Assembly (NCBI GenBank): GCA_014728035.1
Contig: WJMJ01000096.1
Span: 1 to 64,000, forward strand
DNA: 64,000 bases
From: Promethearchaeota archaeon
GTDB taxonomy: Archaea; Asgardarchaeota; Thorarchaeia; Thorarchaeales; Thorarchaeaceae
Reading direction: 5' to 3'
This document shows positions 47,190 through 57,546 of the stretch, in pieces; position 1 is the stretch's first letter; each line of letters starts with the position of its first letter. The notes under the pieces are model-generated. The model searched no databases and had not been told where the DNA came from. It was given only the letters and a program-made list of their open reading frames with translations. Made by a program: the position numbers and the translations under genes.

Positions 47190-48686
47190 TTGGAGTATAT
47201 TCTAAAAATGATCAAGTTTTTGGGACTAATTGCTATTGAGAGGGAATATTCAAGCTCAATTCTACAAAACTTGACTCATAAACTCCAAGGTATGTCAAAT
47301 ATCACTAATGAAGCGAGACATGAAGAAAGTATGTTAGTCTCAGTCTTTTCAAACGGTCATTTCGACCATTCAAATGAGGATTCAATCCGAATATTATGGG
47401 GAATCTACCGTAGTGAACAATGTGATGATGTCATCTCTCCATCATCTGGAAGTGATTTTGGAATTCAAATAATCAAAAATCATCCTGAAATACTACTACT
47501 GGATTATCACCATTCAAGATTTCAAATGGTGCGTGGTCACTACTCGATGATTCCTTGCTATTATATGCTAGAAGGAAACCAATTATTTTTCTCAAGCGAA
47601 AAAAAAGCTCTATGGAAAATATCAGACAAAAAAATTGAATCACTACAGCCTGGTGAAAGAATCCACCTAACAAAAGAAAAAGGCTTTCAAAAAGAAAGAG
47701 CAGTTCAGAGGAAGAAACCGGCCTTAGTAAAATCACGTAGCTATGATGAAACAATTTCACTATTAGGTAAACTGCTGAAAAAATCATTTCGAACGATTCA
47801 CCCCAAACAGAGAGTTGGAGTGATGCTATCAGGGGGTGTTGACAGCTCCCTAGCTGCATTCATCACAAAAGAACATGGAGAAGATGTTATTGCTATATCA
47901 ACATCTGCTGAAAATGCAAGAGACCTCGATGCCTCAAAATCAGCTGCAAACGTTCTTGAAATCGATCAAGAAATTGTCCATTTCGACCTGAAAAGAATTT
48001 GGAATATTCTACCTCGCGTTATCCATGCCATCGAAACATCAAACAGATTAGATGTGGAAATTGCAATTCCATTTTATCTTGTTGCTGAAAGAGCTGCAGA
48101 ACTAGAAATCCCTCTGCTCATCTCTGGGCAAGGACCTGATGAACTCTTCGCAGGTTATGCAAAACATGAAAGGTTTGTTTCAGAAGGCTATTTGATGGAT
48201 TTGCCAGAACAGCTATGGCAAGAAGTATCAATAACACACGAAGCGAATATTGAACGCGACCAAAAGGTGATAGGATATTATGATGTTGGTTCCTTCTTTC
48301 CTTTTCTGTATCCGCCTTTTGTTGAGGAGTCATTAAAAGTACCACCAGAATGGAAAGTGGATTTGAAAAGGGTTCCACCTAGAAAGATAATATTCAGAGA
48401 TTTAGCTCGCGTCATGGGATTACCCGATCAATTAGCTAGTAGACCAAAAAAAGCTACTCAGTTTAGTTCTGGTTCTCACAAATTGCTACTTAAAGTGATA
48501 AAGAAAAATATTCGTGACAAATCTATCACAAATCGAGAAGTGCAGCAAAATATGCAGCTCTTTTTAGACCATATAGCGGAGAGAGTGGGAATACGTACTT
48601 CAATAAATGAAAGTGATGTTGGAGGAGTAGAATGGATACCTTCAATGATTGACCAATTAGACTTGGCCACCCGCGATAATTGGTAA
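47190..48686 (+). CDS. asparagine synthetase-family (AsnB-like) protein
   Basis: FSSEKKAL, SGGVDSS PP-loop, SGQGPDELFAGY, RPKKATQFSSG. N-terminal Ntn domain is divergent and lacks Cys1. Confidence 0.85.
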   Translation: MEYILKMIKFLGLIAIEREYSSSILQNLTHKLQGMSNITNEARHEESMLVSVFSNGHFDHSNEDSIRILWGIYRSEQCDDVISPSSGSDFGIQIIKNHPEILLLDYHHSRFQMVRGHYSMIPCYYMLEGNQLFFSSEKKALWKISDKKIESLQPGERIHLTKEKGFQKERAVQRKKPALVKSRSYDETISLLGKLLKKSFRTIHPKQRVGVMLSGGVDSSLAAFITKEHGEDVIAISTSAENARDLDASKSAANVLEIDQEIVHFDLKRIWNILPRVIHAIETSNRLDVEIAIPFYLVAERAAELEIPLLISGQGPDELFAGYAKHERFVSEGYLMDLPEQLWQEVSITHEANIERDQKVIGYYDVGSFFPFLYPPFVEESLKVPPEWKVDLKRVPPRKIIFRDLARVMGLPDQLASRPKKATQFSSGSHKLLLKVIKKNIRDKSITNREVQQNMQLFLDHIAERVGIRTSINESDVGGVEWIPSMIDQLDLATRDNW

Positions 48687-48869
48687 TACTACTACTTTAT
48701 CATCTTCGTTAAGTTCAGTTTCCAAATCAGCTTTCTTTCCTTCGACAAGCACAACGTGTGTATCAGATAGTTTCAATTCTGCGAGAAGATCGGATACTGT
48801 TATCGTCTTTGTGACTGTAATGGTCTTAGCGCCTGCTTTTTCAAGTGCTCTTGACAGGATAATCACCAA
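48657..48869 (-). CDS. MoaD/ThiS/SAMP-like ubiquitin-fold protein with GG-QV C-terminus
   Basis: TVSDLLAEL..VVLVEG..L.EDDKVVVLPIIAGG then QV-stop (GGT GGC CAA GTC TAA). Confidence 0.85.
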   Translation of the reverse strand: MVIILSRALEKAGAKTITVTKTITVSDLLAELKLSDTHVVLVEGKKADLETELNEDDKVVVLPIIAGGQV

Positions 48870-49154
48870 TCACTCTTAGGAGAAATTTCCTTATAGAGTT
48901 ACGCTAGTTGGCTATTAATTTCTGAGGCAATTGTCGAAATAACATTAGACAAAAGCCCATGCTGAAACATTAGGAATAAATAGGACCGAAAAAACAATGT
49001 CGTCAACAGGCTAAGCTGTTAGTATCATTTCGTAAAGAGTCGTTTTTTCTCTTTGGAACAGACGACAACCTTCATAAGAAGCTCTTAGCGGCTCAGTAGA
49101 CGAGTGTCGAATCCCATTTCGGCATATATCGAATTAAACGAGGAGATAATAGCC

Positions 49155-50198
49155 ATGGTTGGCATTATAGGCTATGGAGTATACATACCTAGATATCGAA
49201 TAAAAACTGAAGATATTGCAGCTGTTTGGGGAGATGATGGTCCCCAGATGGCAAGTGGACTCGGTGTTTTTGAAAAATCTGTACCGGGCCCTGATGAAGA
49301 TGTAGCGACCATTTCAGTAGAGGCCGCTCGAAACGCAATCAAATATGCAAAAATCGATCCGAAAGATATTGGTGCTGTTTATGTCGGATCTGAATCACAC
49401 CCCTATGCGGTGAAACCAACAGGCACCATCGTAGCGGAAGCAATTGGTTGCACTCCCTATATGACTGCGGCTGATTACGAATTTGCTTGCAAAGCAGGAA
49501 CTGCAGCAATTCAGACTTCTATGGGTCTGACAAAATCTAAAATGATTAAGATTGGACTGGCTATTGGTACAGACACAGCACAGGGAAGACCAGGTGATGC
49601 ATTAGAATATTCAGCAGCAGCTGGAGGTGTTGCAGTATTAATTGGAGAGAAGAATCCTGTAGCTACTATTGAAGATACCCTCTCATTCACCACGGATACA
49701 CCAGATTTCTGGCGTAGAGAGGGAGAAGACTTCCCCAGCCATGGTGCAAGATTCACTGGTGAGCCAGCTTATTTCAGACATGTTGGAGAAGCTGCAAAAG
49801 CAATGCTGAAGAAAACAGACACCACAATTGAGGACTATGATTATTTTGTATTCCATATGCCAAATGGAAAGTTTCCAGTAAAACTTGGCAAATCATTGAA
49901 AGTACCTAAAGAGAAGCTAGAAGATAGTCTTGTTGTACGACAAATTGGTAATACCTATTCAGGCTCTGCAATGATGGGAATGGCAAGGATTCTGGACATA
50001 GCAAAACCAGGAGATAAAATCTTCATGGTTTCCTATGGTTCAGGAGCTGGTAGTGACGCATTTGTGTTGACAGTTGAAGAAGAGATTTTGAAACATCGAG
50101 GAGAAGTGCCTACTGTCGATGATTACATTGAGAGAAAGACCTACGTGAGTTATGCGGTCTATGCTAAATATCGACGAAAAATTAAGGCACTTGGTTAA
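49155..50198 (+). CDS. hydroxymethylglutaryl-CoA synthase (archaeal)
   Basis: [42 protein letters not shown] at 49155 after GAGGAG. Confidence 0.95.
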   Translation: MVGIIGYGVYIPRYRIKTEDIAAVWGDDGPQMASGLGVFEKSVPGPDEDVATISVEAARNAIKYAKIDPKDIGAVYVGSESHPYAVKPTGTIVAEAIGCTPYMTAADYEFACKAGTAAIQTSMGLTKSKMIKIGLAIGTDTAQGRPGDALEYSAAAGGVAVLIGEKNPVATIEDTLSFTTDTPDFWRREGEDFPSHGARFTGEPAYFRHVGEAAKAMLKKTDTTIEDYDYFVFHMPNGKFPVKLGKSLKVPKEKLEDSLVVRQIGNTYSGSAMMGMARILDIAKPGDKIFMVSYGSGAGSDAFVLTVEEEILKHRGEVPTVDDYIERKTYVSYAVYAKYRRKIKALG

Positions 50199-50212
50199 AG
50201 GGAGGGAATAAC

Positions 50213-51373
50213 ATGAGTAGAAAAGTTGCAATTATTGGAGTCGGAATGAGTACCTTTGGAGAACTCTGGGATAAGAGTCTTAGAGATATAACTCTGGAGG
50301 CAGGAATGTATTCAATCTTTGATGCCGAAATAAGTGGGTCAGAGATTGATGCATTGATTATTGGAAATATGAGTGCAGGTAGATTTACTGGCCAGGAACA
50401 CCTTGGTGCGTTAGCTGCTGATATGGGAGGGCTCGGGAATATTCCAGCCTATAGTGTTGAAGCAGCATGTGCTAGTGGTGGAGCTGCAGTGCGACACGCA
50501 TACATGGCAATCAAATCTGGAGAACATGATGCAATGATGGTTCTAGGATGTGAGAAGATGTCTGATGTAAATCAGACTGAAGCCATGAAGACCATCAGTG
50601 TTGCCAGCGATTGGGAATGGGAAGGCCTATTTGGAGCAACATTTCCAGCCTTATACGCATTCATTGCTAGAAGACACATGAAAGAATATGGTACTACCGA
50701 GGAAATGCTAGCACAAGTAGCGGTAAAGAATCATGCAAATGCAGCACATAATCCTTGGGCGCAATTCCAGAGAGCCGTGCCTATCGAATTTGTTATGGGA
50801 TCAGGTATGCTTGCGGACCCCATTAGAGTGCTTCACTCATCGCCAATAAGTGATGGAGCTGCAGGATTGATAATGTGTGATGCGAAGATTGCAAAGAAGT
50901 ACACTGATACCCCGATCTATATAGAAGCTTCAACTCAGAGTAGTGACACATTAGCTCTTCATGACCGAAGAGACATTTGTACTGCTGATTCAGTAGTACA
51001 TTCTTCGAGAGCCGCATTGAAGAAAGCTGATTTGACAGTGAATGACATTGACGTATTCGAACTTCATGATAGCTTCACTATAAGTGAAATCACACTCACT
51101 GAAGATGTAGGTATTGTGGAGAAAGGACAGGGGGGACAAGCTCTGATGGATGGTCTAACTGAGATTGGTGGGAAATACCCAGTAAACACCTCAGGCGGAC
51201 TGAAAGCACGAGGTCATCCCATTGGAGCGACTGGAGTCGCACAAGTCGTTGAACTAGCCCTTCAGCTAAGAGGCGATTGTGAGGGAAGACAAGTCGATGG
51301 AGCTGAAAAAGGTCTAGCTGTCAATATCGGCGGAACTGGAGCAACATCAATAGTACACATACTAGGGAGGTAA
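50213..51373 (+). CDS. acetoacetyl-CoA thiolase (archaeal)
   Basis: EAACASGG, KNHANA, SPISDGA, ELHDSF, GGLKARGHPIGATG. Confidence 0.93.
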   Translation: MSRKVAIIGVGMSTFGELWDKSLRDITLEAGMYSIFDAEISGSEIDALIIGNMSAGRFTGQEHLGALAADMGGLGNIPAYSVEAACASGGAAVRHAYMAIKSGEHDAMMVLGCEKMSDVNQTEAMKTISVASDWEWEGLFGATFPALYAFIARRHMKEYGTTEEMLAQVAVKNHANAAHNPWAQFQRAVPIEFVMGSGMLADPIRVLHSSPISDGAAGLIMCDAKIAKKYTDTPIYIEASTQSSDTLALHDRRDICTADSVVHSSRAALKKADLTVNDIDVFELHDSFTISEITLTEDVGIVEKGQGGQALMDGLTEIGGKYPVNTSGGLKARGHPIGATGVAQVVELALQLRGDCEGRQVDGAEKGLAVNIGGTGATSIVHILGR

Positions 51374-51377
51374 GAAA

Positions 51378-51800
51378 ATGGCAGAACATGGAGTAGCAAA
51401 CATTTGGCGAAAGCAAAAATCGATGTACAGCATAATTGGATCAAAGTGCACCACATGTGGTACACACTATTTCCCACCTAGACCAGTCTGCCCAGAGTGT
51501 CGACGTAAGGGAAAACTGGAAGAACATGAATTCAAAGGACTTGGAAAAATCCATACCTTTGCGATTGTACGCCAAGCACCAGAGGATTTCAAACGACAAG
51601 TTCCCTATGTTGTTGCTCAGGTAGAGCTTGATGAAGGAGCTAGACTCACTGCTCAAATAGTCAATATAGATCCAGAAGATGTGGAGATTGGCATGAGGGT
51701 CCGTGCTTGCTTTAGAAAAATAACCGAGTATGGACAAGGTGGGATCATTGTCTATGGCTATAAATTCGAGCCAACAATGAAAGTCACAGGTCATGAATAG
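51378..51800 (+). CDS. DUF35 Zn-ribbon/OB-fold scaffold of the thiolase-HMGCS complex
   Basis: CTTCG..FPPRPVCPEC, PYVVA, IGMRV...FRK..YGYKF. Confidence 0.92.
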   Translation: MAEHGVANIWRKQKSMYSIIGSKCTTCGTHYFPPRPVCPECRRKGKLEEHEFKGLGKIHTFAIVRQAPEDFKRQVPYVVAQVELDEGARLTAQIVNIDPEDVEIGMRVRACFRKITEYGQGGIIVYGYKFEPTMKVTGHE

Positions 51801-51808
51801 AGTTCAGT

Positions 51809-52516
51809 TTACCAGATTTCGAGTTCGGTAACAGTCCCTACTGCAGGGAGTGAAACATTCCGAACTCGAGTATCTCCAATATATGCTTCGTGGATTCTTG
51901 CATTGTGTACGTGTCCATGGATAACAAGATTAGGTTGTTGTTTTTGAAGAATTTTATAGAATCTTTTGCTTCCAAGCCAAGAGAATGCACGTCTGTCTTC
52001 TCCTTCACAGGTTTCAAGACATGGGCTATAATGCATTAGAAGAATTCTTCTATCAACATCCTTTTTCGTAAGTCGTTTCAGCAAATTCTCTGCACGTCCA
52101 ACCCTTCTCTTGAAAATCCGCTTGATGCTTGGTATATTGTCACGTTGCCAAGAAGTGGGACGGTCCAAAGAACCTTGAGTACCGACAATCCCGATTTTTA
52201 TATCTCCAATAGTAAGAATCAAAGATTTTTCGTCAAGAATAGTCATTCGTGTGCCGATAATCTCAATCAACTCATCACGTACTTCGGCATATTCTTCATT
52301 CCCAAAACAACCAACAATAGGAAAGTTTGAACCAATTTGTTCATCAATAACATCAAGTACGGTAATCATCTCATCAGCTTTTCCACGATTAACCATATCT
52401 CCTGCCATTAGAAAAAGGTCAGGTGGGCGATATTTAGCAAGTTCACTAGTGAACTCCTCTATATATCGAGGACTATGCACATCAGCGACTGCTAGCAATC
52501 TCATAATTAACGACAC
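51809..52516 (-). CDS. calcineurin-like metallophosphoesterase
   Basis: ADVH, AGD, GNEE, MHYSP, HGHVH. Confidence 0.87.
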   Translation of the reverse strand: MSLIMRLLAVADVHSPRYIEEFTSELAKYRPPDLFLMAGDMVNRGKADEMITVLDVIDEQIGSNFPIVGCFGNEEYAEVRDELIEIIGTRMTILDEKSLILTIGDIKIGIVGTQGSLDRPTSWQRDNIPSIKRIFKRRVGRAENLLKRLTKKDVDRRILLMHYSPCLETCEGEDRRAFSWLGSKRFYKILQKQQPNLVIHGHVHNARIHEAYIGDTRVRNVSLPAVGTVTELEIW

Positions 52517-52588
52517 TCAATTCTTCTTGGAGATTGATAAGGACGGTGATTATTAAAGGTTCGACTCTAAAGTGAAGGGTGTGATTCC

Positions 52589-53578
52589 ATGACAGAAACC
52601 TGGGCCCTCAATCTCTTTGATAGGCTTCATATCGGCCATCATGTTTTGATAGATGTCATCCAAGAAATGCCAAACCCAATCGCTTGTGTAACAGGAGGAG
52701 AAATAATTGGAAAGGATTTAGAATATCGTTCACTCATCCAACCACTTGAAGTTCGTAAGCGGGGCATTGAAAACTACCTTAGAGAAATGGACTTGGAGAA
52801 GAAAATTCAAGTTAAAACGATGAATAGTTTTGATGATTTTTTGCAAATCCCAAACTCAACTACTTTCGTTATGTTTTATGGTCCTTGTTGCATGGAAATC
52901 GAAGAAAGAGGACTTGAGTTAAGATCAAAAAATTTGGACGTTTCGGATAGTGTAGAATACATTAAGCCCGTACAGGCAACCGATGGGGATAAGATAGCTT
53001 CTGCAAGGATAAGAAAAGGAGAGATTGATAGAAGAGGAAGAAGGTTAGCTGGAACCTCTGAGCCACCAAGAATACTTAGAGAGGATAGGAGAAAAGACCT
53101 CAAGGCTCCAAAAGGAAACATCTTCAGTACTGAAGATGGAAAACCAGAAGTTGCTGTGGTTAAAAAAATACTACAAGAAAAGCCAGACATCGTCATAAGT
53201 GTTGGTGATGTGACAACCGCAACTTTGATGGAACAAGGATTTACTCCTCGTGTAAGTGTAGTCGATGGAATCACAAAAAGAGGAGTATATGAAAAGGAAT
53301 TCCATTCTGATAATGAATACACCATCTATAATCCAGCTGCAACAATCTATCCTGAAGCATGGTCAGTTATGAAGACCGCTATAAAGTCTGAAACGGACAC
53401 ACTCATCAGAGTTGAAGGAGAAGAAGATCTGTTAGGATTTCCAGCCGTACTACTTGCACCAGAAGGTTCTGTGATGCTTTATGGTCAACCAAACGTAGGA
53501 ATAGTATGGGTTCCCGTAACTGAAGAAAATAAAAATAGAGCAAGAGGGCTTCTTGATGCAATGAAAATCATTTCATAA
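52589..53578 (+). CDS. phosphopantetheine adenylyltransferase fused to GTP-dependent dephospho-CoA kinase (DUF359)
   Basis: FDRLHIGH, IQPLEVR, KIASARIRKGEID (PPAT); VGDVTT, VDG.TKR, NPA.TI, VEGEEDL, YGQP (DUF359). Confidence 0.85.
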   Translation: MTETWALNLFDRLHIGHHVLIDVIQEMPNPIACVTGGEIIGKDLEYRSLIQPLEVRKRGIENYLREMDLEKKIQVKTMNSFDDFLQIPNSTTFVMFYGPCCMEIEERGLELRSKNLDVSDSVEYIKPVQATDGDKIASARIRKGEIDRRGRRLAGTSEPPRILREDRRKDLKAPKGNIFSTEDGKPEVAVVKKILQEKPDIVISVGDVTTATLMEQGFTPRVSVVDGITKRGVYEKEFHSDNEYTIYNPAATIYPEAWSVMKTAIKSETDTLIRVEGEEDLLGFPAVLLAPEGSVMLYGQPNVGIVWVPVTEENKNRARGLLDAMKIIS

Positions 53579-55073
53579 CATCTGGGATATACTCTATGCA
53601 ATCTGTCGCCATAAGATGATTTCCCAACTTGGAATGTGCTAACTCGCCTGATTTGCCAGATATGAAAGCAGCGGCACACGCAGATAGAAATGCAGACCTA
53701 CGAGCGAGCAAAGCTGCACAAATACCTGTCAAGACATCTCCAGTTCCTCCTACAGTCATTGCTGGAACTCCAGTTCTATTGAACCGGTACTGTCCGTTTG
53801 GACTCACAATAATATCGTCATGTCCTTTCAACAAGACAGTAGCCTTGAAGAGTTCCACTGCGTATCTCGCTGACTTCAATTTTTCATCCAATGAAGGGGA
53901 TGCATCAAGTTTTTGACCCAACATTATACCTAATTCGCCCCAATGAGGGGTAAGAATCGTTGACTCTGATTCGAAGGTGATATCAGATTTAGCCAAACAC
54001 TTCAATCCATCTGCATCAATAACTAACCGTTTGGACGATTCTATTTGGTTCAGAAATTGAAGAACAGCTTCCTGTGTTTTGTTGTCCAATCCAAGTCCAG
54101 GACCAATCGCAATGACATCATTTGACTCCACAAGAGGAAAAATAACATCAAATGATTCTTCTGCGAATACATCCGTACCAATCGATGTGACCATCAGATT
54201 TGGTGAATATCCTCGAATAGTTGAAGCAACAGGACTCGGAGCTGCGATACTGACCAGATCCGCACCAGTTCTTAGTGCTGCTAGACCAGTCAAACTAGGA
54301 GCTCCCGAATAAACATCACTTCCACCAATGACAAGAATGCGTCCGTAATCACCCTTATGCGATGAGGGATTTCTGGATTGTGTGAACAAAAAGACGTGGC
54401 CGGGTCCACAAATTTCACTAGCTTCCAGGGGTATACCAATCGAAACTACATGTAATTTGCCAACATATTCTTCTGCTTTTGCTAGACCGATTTTCTCTGC
54501 ATGAAGTGTTATCGTTTGATCGGCTATCACTGCATCACCATGGACTTCTCCTGTATCAGAATCAATACCTGTTGGTATATCAATAGCATATTTCTGAGCT
54601 TTTGATGCATTGATTTGTTTTACTGCAGTAAGAATAGGTTCTCTTAGGTCAGAATGCAATCCAAAACCTAACAACCCGTCAACAAGAATATCTGATTCTT
54701 CGAGTGCAGGACAGCTTTTTATTGCTGATTCGGTCTTCAAGACAATATTAGGAATCGTTTCAAGATTGTTTAGGATATTCCAATTCTCTTTTGTATCGGA
54801 ACTTGCAATTCTCTCAGCTGAGCCAACAAGGAATACCTCAACACTAGCTCCAGCTTCCTGAAGATACCGTGCAGCTACCATACCGTCTCCGCCATTACCT
54901 CCGAGGCCGCAAAGAATTGAAACGCGCTTTCCTTCTACTGAAGCTGAATTAATGATAACACGAGCAACCTCTCTACCTGCATTCTGCATTAGCATACTAA
55001 GGGTTACACCAAGATATTGCGAATTAAGTTCTAATACGCGCATTTCTTCGGTACTCATCGGTGATGGTTTCAT
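53568..55073 (-). CDS. nnr: bifunctional NAD(P)HX epimerase/dehydratase
   Basis: LMQNAG, GGNGGDG, DIPTG; HKGDYG, GPGLG, DADGL, TPHWGE, GGTGDVL. Confidence 0.94.
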   Translation of the reverse strand: MKPSPMSTEEMRVLELNSQYLGVTLSMLMQNAGREVARVIINSASVEGKRVSILCGLGGNGGDGMVAARYLQEAGASVEVFLVGSAERIASSDTKENWNILNNLETIPNIVLKTESAIKSCPALEESDILVDGLLGFGLHSDLREPILTAVKQINASKAQKYAIDIPTGIDSDTGEVHGDAVIADQTITLHAEKIGLAKAEEYVGKLHVVSIGIPLEASEICGPGHVFLFTQSRNPSSHKGDYGRILVIGGSDVYSGAPSLTGLAALRTGADLVSIAAPSPVASTIRGYSPNLMVTSIGTDVFAEESFDVIFPLVESNDVIAIGPGLGLDNKTQEAVLQFLNQIESSKRLVIDADGLKCLAKSDITFESESTILTPHWGELGIMLGQKLDASPSLDEKLKSARYAVELFKATVLLKGHDDIIVSPNGQYRFNRTGVPAMTVGGTGDVLTGICAALLARRSAFLSACAAAFISGKSGELAHSKLGNHLMATDCIEYIPDVMK

Positions 55074-55146
55074 GGTTATTTCAGTAATATCATGATTAAT
55101 CCACCTAATGAAGTCTTACTCTACTAGAATTGTAGAAAAAGAGAAT

Positions 55147-55168
55147 TGGGTGCTGAAAAAAGCACCCA
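55147..55168 (-). terminator. perfect stem-loop downstream of the GltD/NfnB-like gene
   Basis: TGGGTGCT-N6-AGCACCCA, followed on the minus strand by ATTCTCTTTTT. Confidence 0.6.
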
Positions 55169-55176
55169 TAGAGATT

Positions 55177-56604
55177 CTATTCTTTCTTCTCACTAAGATA
55201 CTTGTGAATTCCTTCAGCAGCTGTCTTCCCAGCACCCATAGCACTGATGACAGTTGCAGCACCTGTTACAATATCACCACCAGCAAAAATACCAGGAATC
55301 GAACTCATTCCTGTTTCTTCGTCGATGACGATTGTACCCCACTTTGATAGTTCGAGACCAGGAATGCTCTCGGTCACGATTGGGTTCGGTGAGTTACCTA
55401 TAGCTACAATGACTGTGTCAACGTCCATAACGAATTCAGAGTCTTCAATTGGGATCGGACGTCTACGACCTGAGGAGTCTTTCTCACCAAGCTCCATTTT
55501 AATGCATTTCATACCGATTACGCTACCCTTCTCATCACCAATGACTTCAGTTGGGTTAATCAGCAGTTTGAATTGTACACCTTCTTCTTCTGCATGATGA
55601 ACCTCTTCAAGACGAGCGGGCATCTGTTCCCGGGATCGACGATATACGATGTACACATCTTCAGCACCTAATCTAAGTGAAGTCCTTGCAGCATCCATGG
55701 CTACATTCCCTCCACCAATCACAGCTACTTTATTGCCAATTTTGACGGGAGTATCATATTCAGGGAACTTGTAACCTTTCATGAGATTTACACGAGTAAG
55801 AAACTCATTGGCAGAGAACACATCCACTAGAGTCATACCCGGAATTCGCATGAAGTTTGGTGCTCCAGCACCAGTACCCAGGAAAACTGCATCAAATCCA
55901 TCTTCTTCCATGAGTTCTTTGACTTGTCGAATCTTTCCAATAACATAGTTGTAGCGGATTTTGACACCAATCTTTTCAAGAAATTCTACTTCGGCTTCTA
56001 CAATGTCCTTGGGCAAACGAAATTCAGGAATGCCGTACATCAGCACTCCACCAGGTTTGTGAAATGCCTCGAAAATTGTCACATCATACCCTAGTTTAAT
56101 TAAATCTCCAGCACAGGTAAGACCTGCAGGACCAGAACCAACTACTGCCACCTGCATCCCATTTTTGGGTGGTAGGTCTGGGAGAGGTTCACCCTTTTCT
56201 CGGGCAAAATCAGCAACAAAACGTTCGAGTCTACCAATCGCGATAGCTTCATTTCGAATTCCATAGATACACTTTGCTTCACATTGTGTTTCTTGAGGAC
56301 AAACTCGACCACAGATTGCTGGAAGACTATTGGTCTCCTTTATCTTTGCAGCCGCTTCCATGAATTTCCTTTCACGGACAAGTTCAATGAACTCCTTTAT
56401 TGGAACATCAACAGGACAACCTTCAACACATCGAGGATTTCTACATTGCATGCATTTCTCAGCTTCTTTCACAGCTGCATCGATTGCATAACCCAAAGCC
56501 ACTTCATCAAAATTCTTACTTCGTGCATCCGGATCTTGCTCTGGCATTGGCTCCTTCTTGGTTGGTGGCTTCCTCTTTCTCTTTGGTTTCTTCTCATCAG
56601 CCAA
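55177..56604 (-). CDS. NADH-dependent reduced ferredoxin:NADP+ oxidoreductase large subunit (NfnB/SudA, GltD-like)
   Basis: CMQC..CVEGCP, CGRVCPQETQCE, GSGPAG, YGIPEFRLP, GGGNVAMD, GGDIVTGAATV. TTG start at 56604. Confidence 0.9.
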   Translation of the reverse strand: MADEKKPKRKRKPPTKKEPMPEQDPDARSKNFDEVALGYAIDAAVKEAEKCMQCRNPRCVEGCPVDVPIKEFIELVRERKFMEAAAKIKETNSLPAICGRVCPQETQCEAKCIYGIRNEAIAIGRLERFVADFAREKGEPLPDLPPKNGMQVAVVGSGPAGLTCAGDLIKLGYDVTIFEAFHKPGGVLMYGIPEFRLPKDIVEAEVEFLEKIGVKIRYNYVIGKIRQVKELMEEDGFDAVFLGTGAGAPNFMRIPGMTLVDVFSANEFLTRVNLMKGYKFPEYDTPVKIGNKVAVIGGGNVAMDAARTSLRLGAEDVYIVYRRSREQMPARLEEVHHAEEEGVQFKLLINPTEVIGDEKGSVIGMKCIKMELGEKDSSGRRRPIPIEDSEFVMDVDTVIVAIGNSPNPIVTESIPGLELSKWGTIVIDEETGMSSIPGIFAGGDIVTGAATVISAMGAGKTAAEGIHKYLSEKKE

Positions 56605-56605
56605 A

Positions 56606-57442
56606 TTAGTTACCTCCCGACTCACTTGCATATTGCTCTTCAGAGATTGATTCCTGTTTTGTATATGCGTTTAATCTGCCCATGAGTTCGTCAAAATCGA
56701 CCTGATGCCCATCAAATTCAGGACCGTCAACACATGCGAACTTCATTTGTCCACCGACAGTAACTCTGCAAGCTCCACACATTCCAGTTCCATCAACCAT
56801 AATGCTGTTGAGGCTAACAATTGTCGGTATCTTCTTATCTTCGGTCGTCTTTGCGACAAACTTCATCATTGGAACAGGTCCAACTGCAAAGACCAGATCA
56901 ATCTCGCGACCTTCCTGGATGAGGTCACCTAGAACATTGGTCACAAAACCGTGTACACCACATGAACCATCATCTGTTGTTTCATAGGCTTCATCACTAA
57001 TCTTCTTCATTTCCTCTCTATAGAGAAGGAGACTCATGCTCCGAGCACCATTAATTGTAATCAAATGATTGCCTGCTTCTTTGAAAGCACGAGCTACGGG
57101 ATACGCAATCGCGCTACCGCATCCACCACCAATTACAACCACCGTGCCGATATTATCGGTGTGAGTTGCCTTACCGAGAGGACCAACGAAATCCAATATC
57201 TCATCGCCAACCTCAAGGCGTCCCAATAACTTTGTTGATTTTCCTACTTCCTGGAAAACAATAGTTACGGTGCCCTTTTCACGGTCAAAATCAGCTATGG
57301 TAAGAGGAAACCTCTCACCTGTTTCATTCACCCGAATCATAACGAATTGGCCTGCTTTGCAGACCTTTGCTATATCAGGTGCTTGAACCACAAGCATCTT
57401 TGTGACCTCGTTGAGGACTTGCTTAAACTTAATCTCATACAT
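56606..57442 (-). CDS. NfnA/SudB small subunit (FAD/NAD-binding, [2Fe-2S])
   Basis: GQFVMIR, ERFPLTIAD, GPLG, TDDGS, MVDGTGMCGACRV..CVDGPEF. Confidence 0.92.
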   Translation of the reverse strand: MYEIKFKQVLNEVTKMLVVQAPDIAKVCKAGQFVMIRVNETGERFPLTIADFDREKGTVTIVFQEVGKSTKLLGRLEVGDEILDFVGPLGKATHTDNIGTVVVIGGGCGSAIAYPVARAFKEAGNHLITINGARSMSLLLYREEMKKISDEAYETTDDGSCGVHGFVTNVLGDLIQEGREIDLVFAVGPVPMMKFVAKTTEDKKIPTIVSLNSIMVDGTGMCGACRVTVGGQMKFACVDGPEFDGHQVDFDELMGRLNAYTKQESISEEQYASESGGN

Positions 57443-57546
57443 TCTGGTTCACTGCCTCGTATCGAAAGGTCCTAGAGTTCACTAGAACACGAATCGAAGC
57501 GATATGGGGGGAGAAATAAGCATTTGGGTTCAAACGAGTATGTGTT

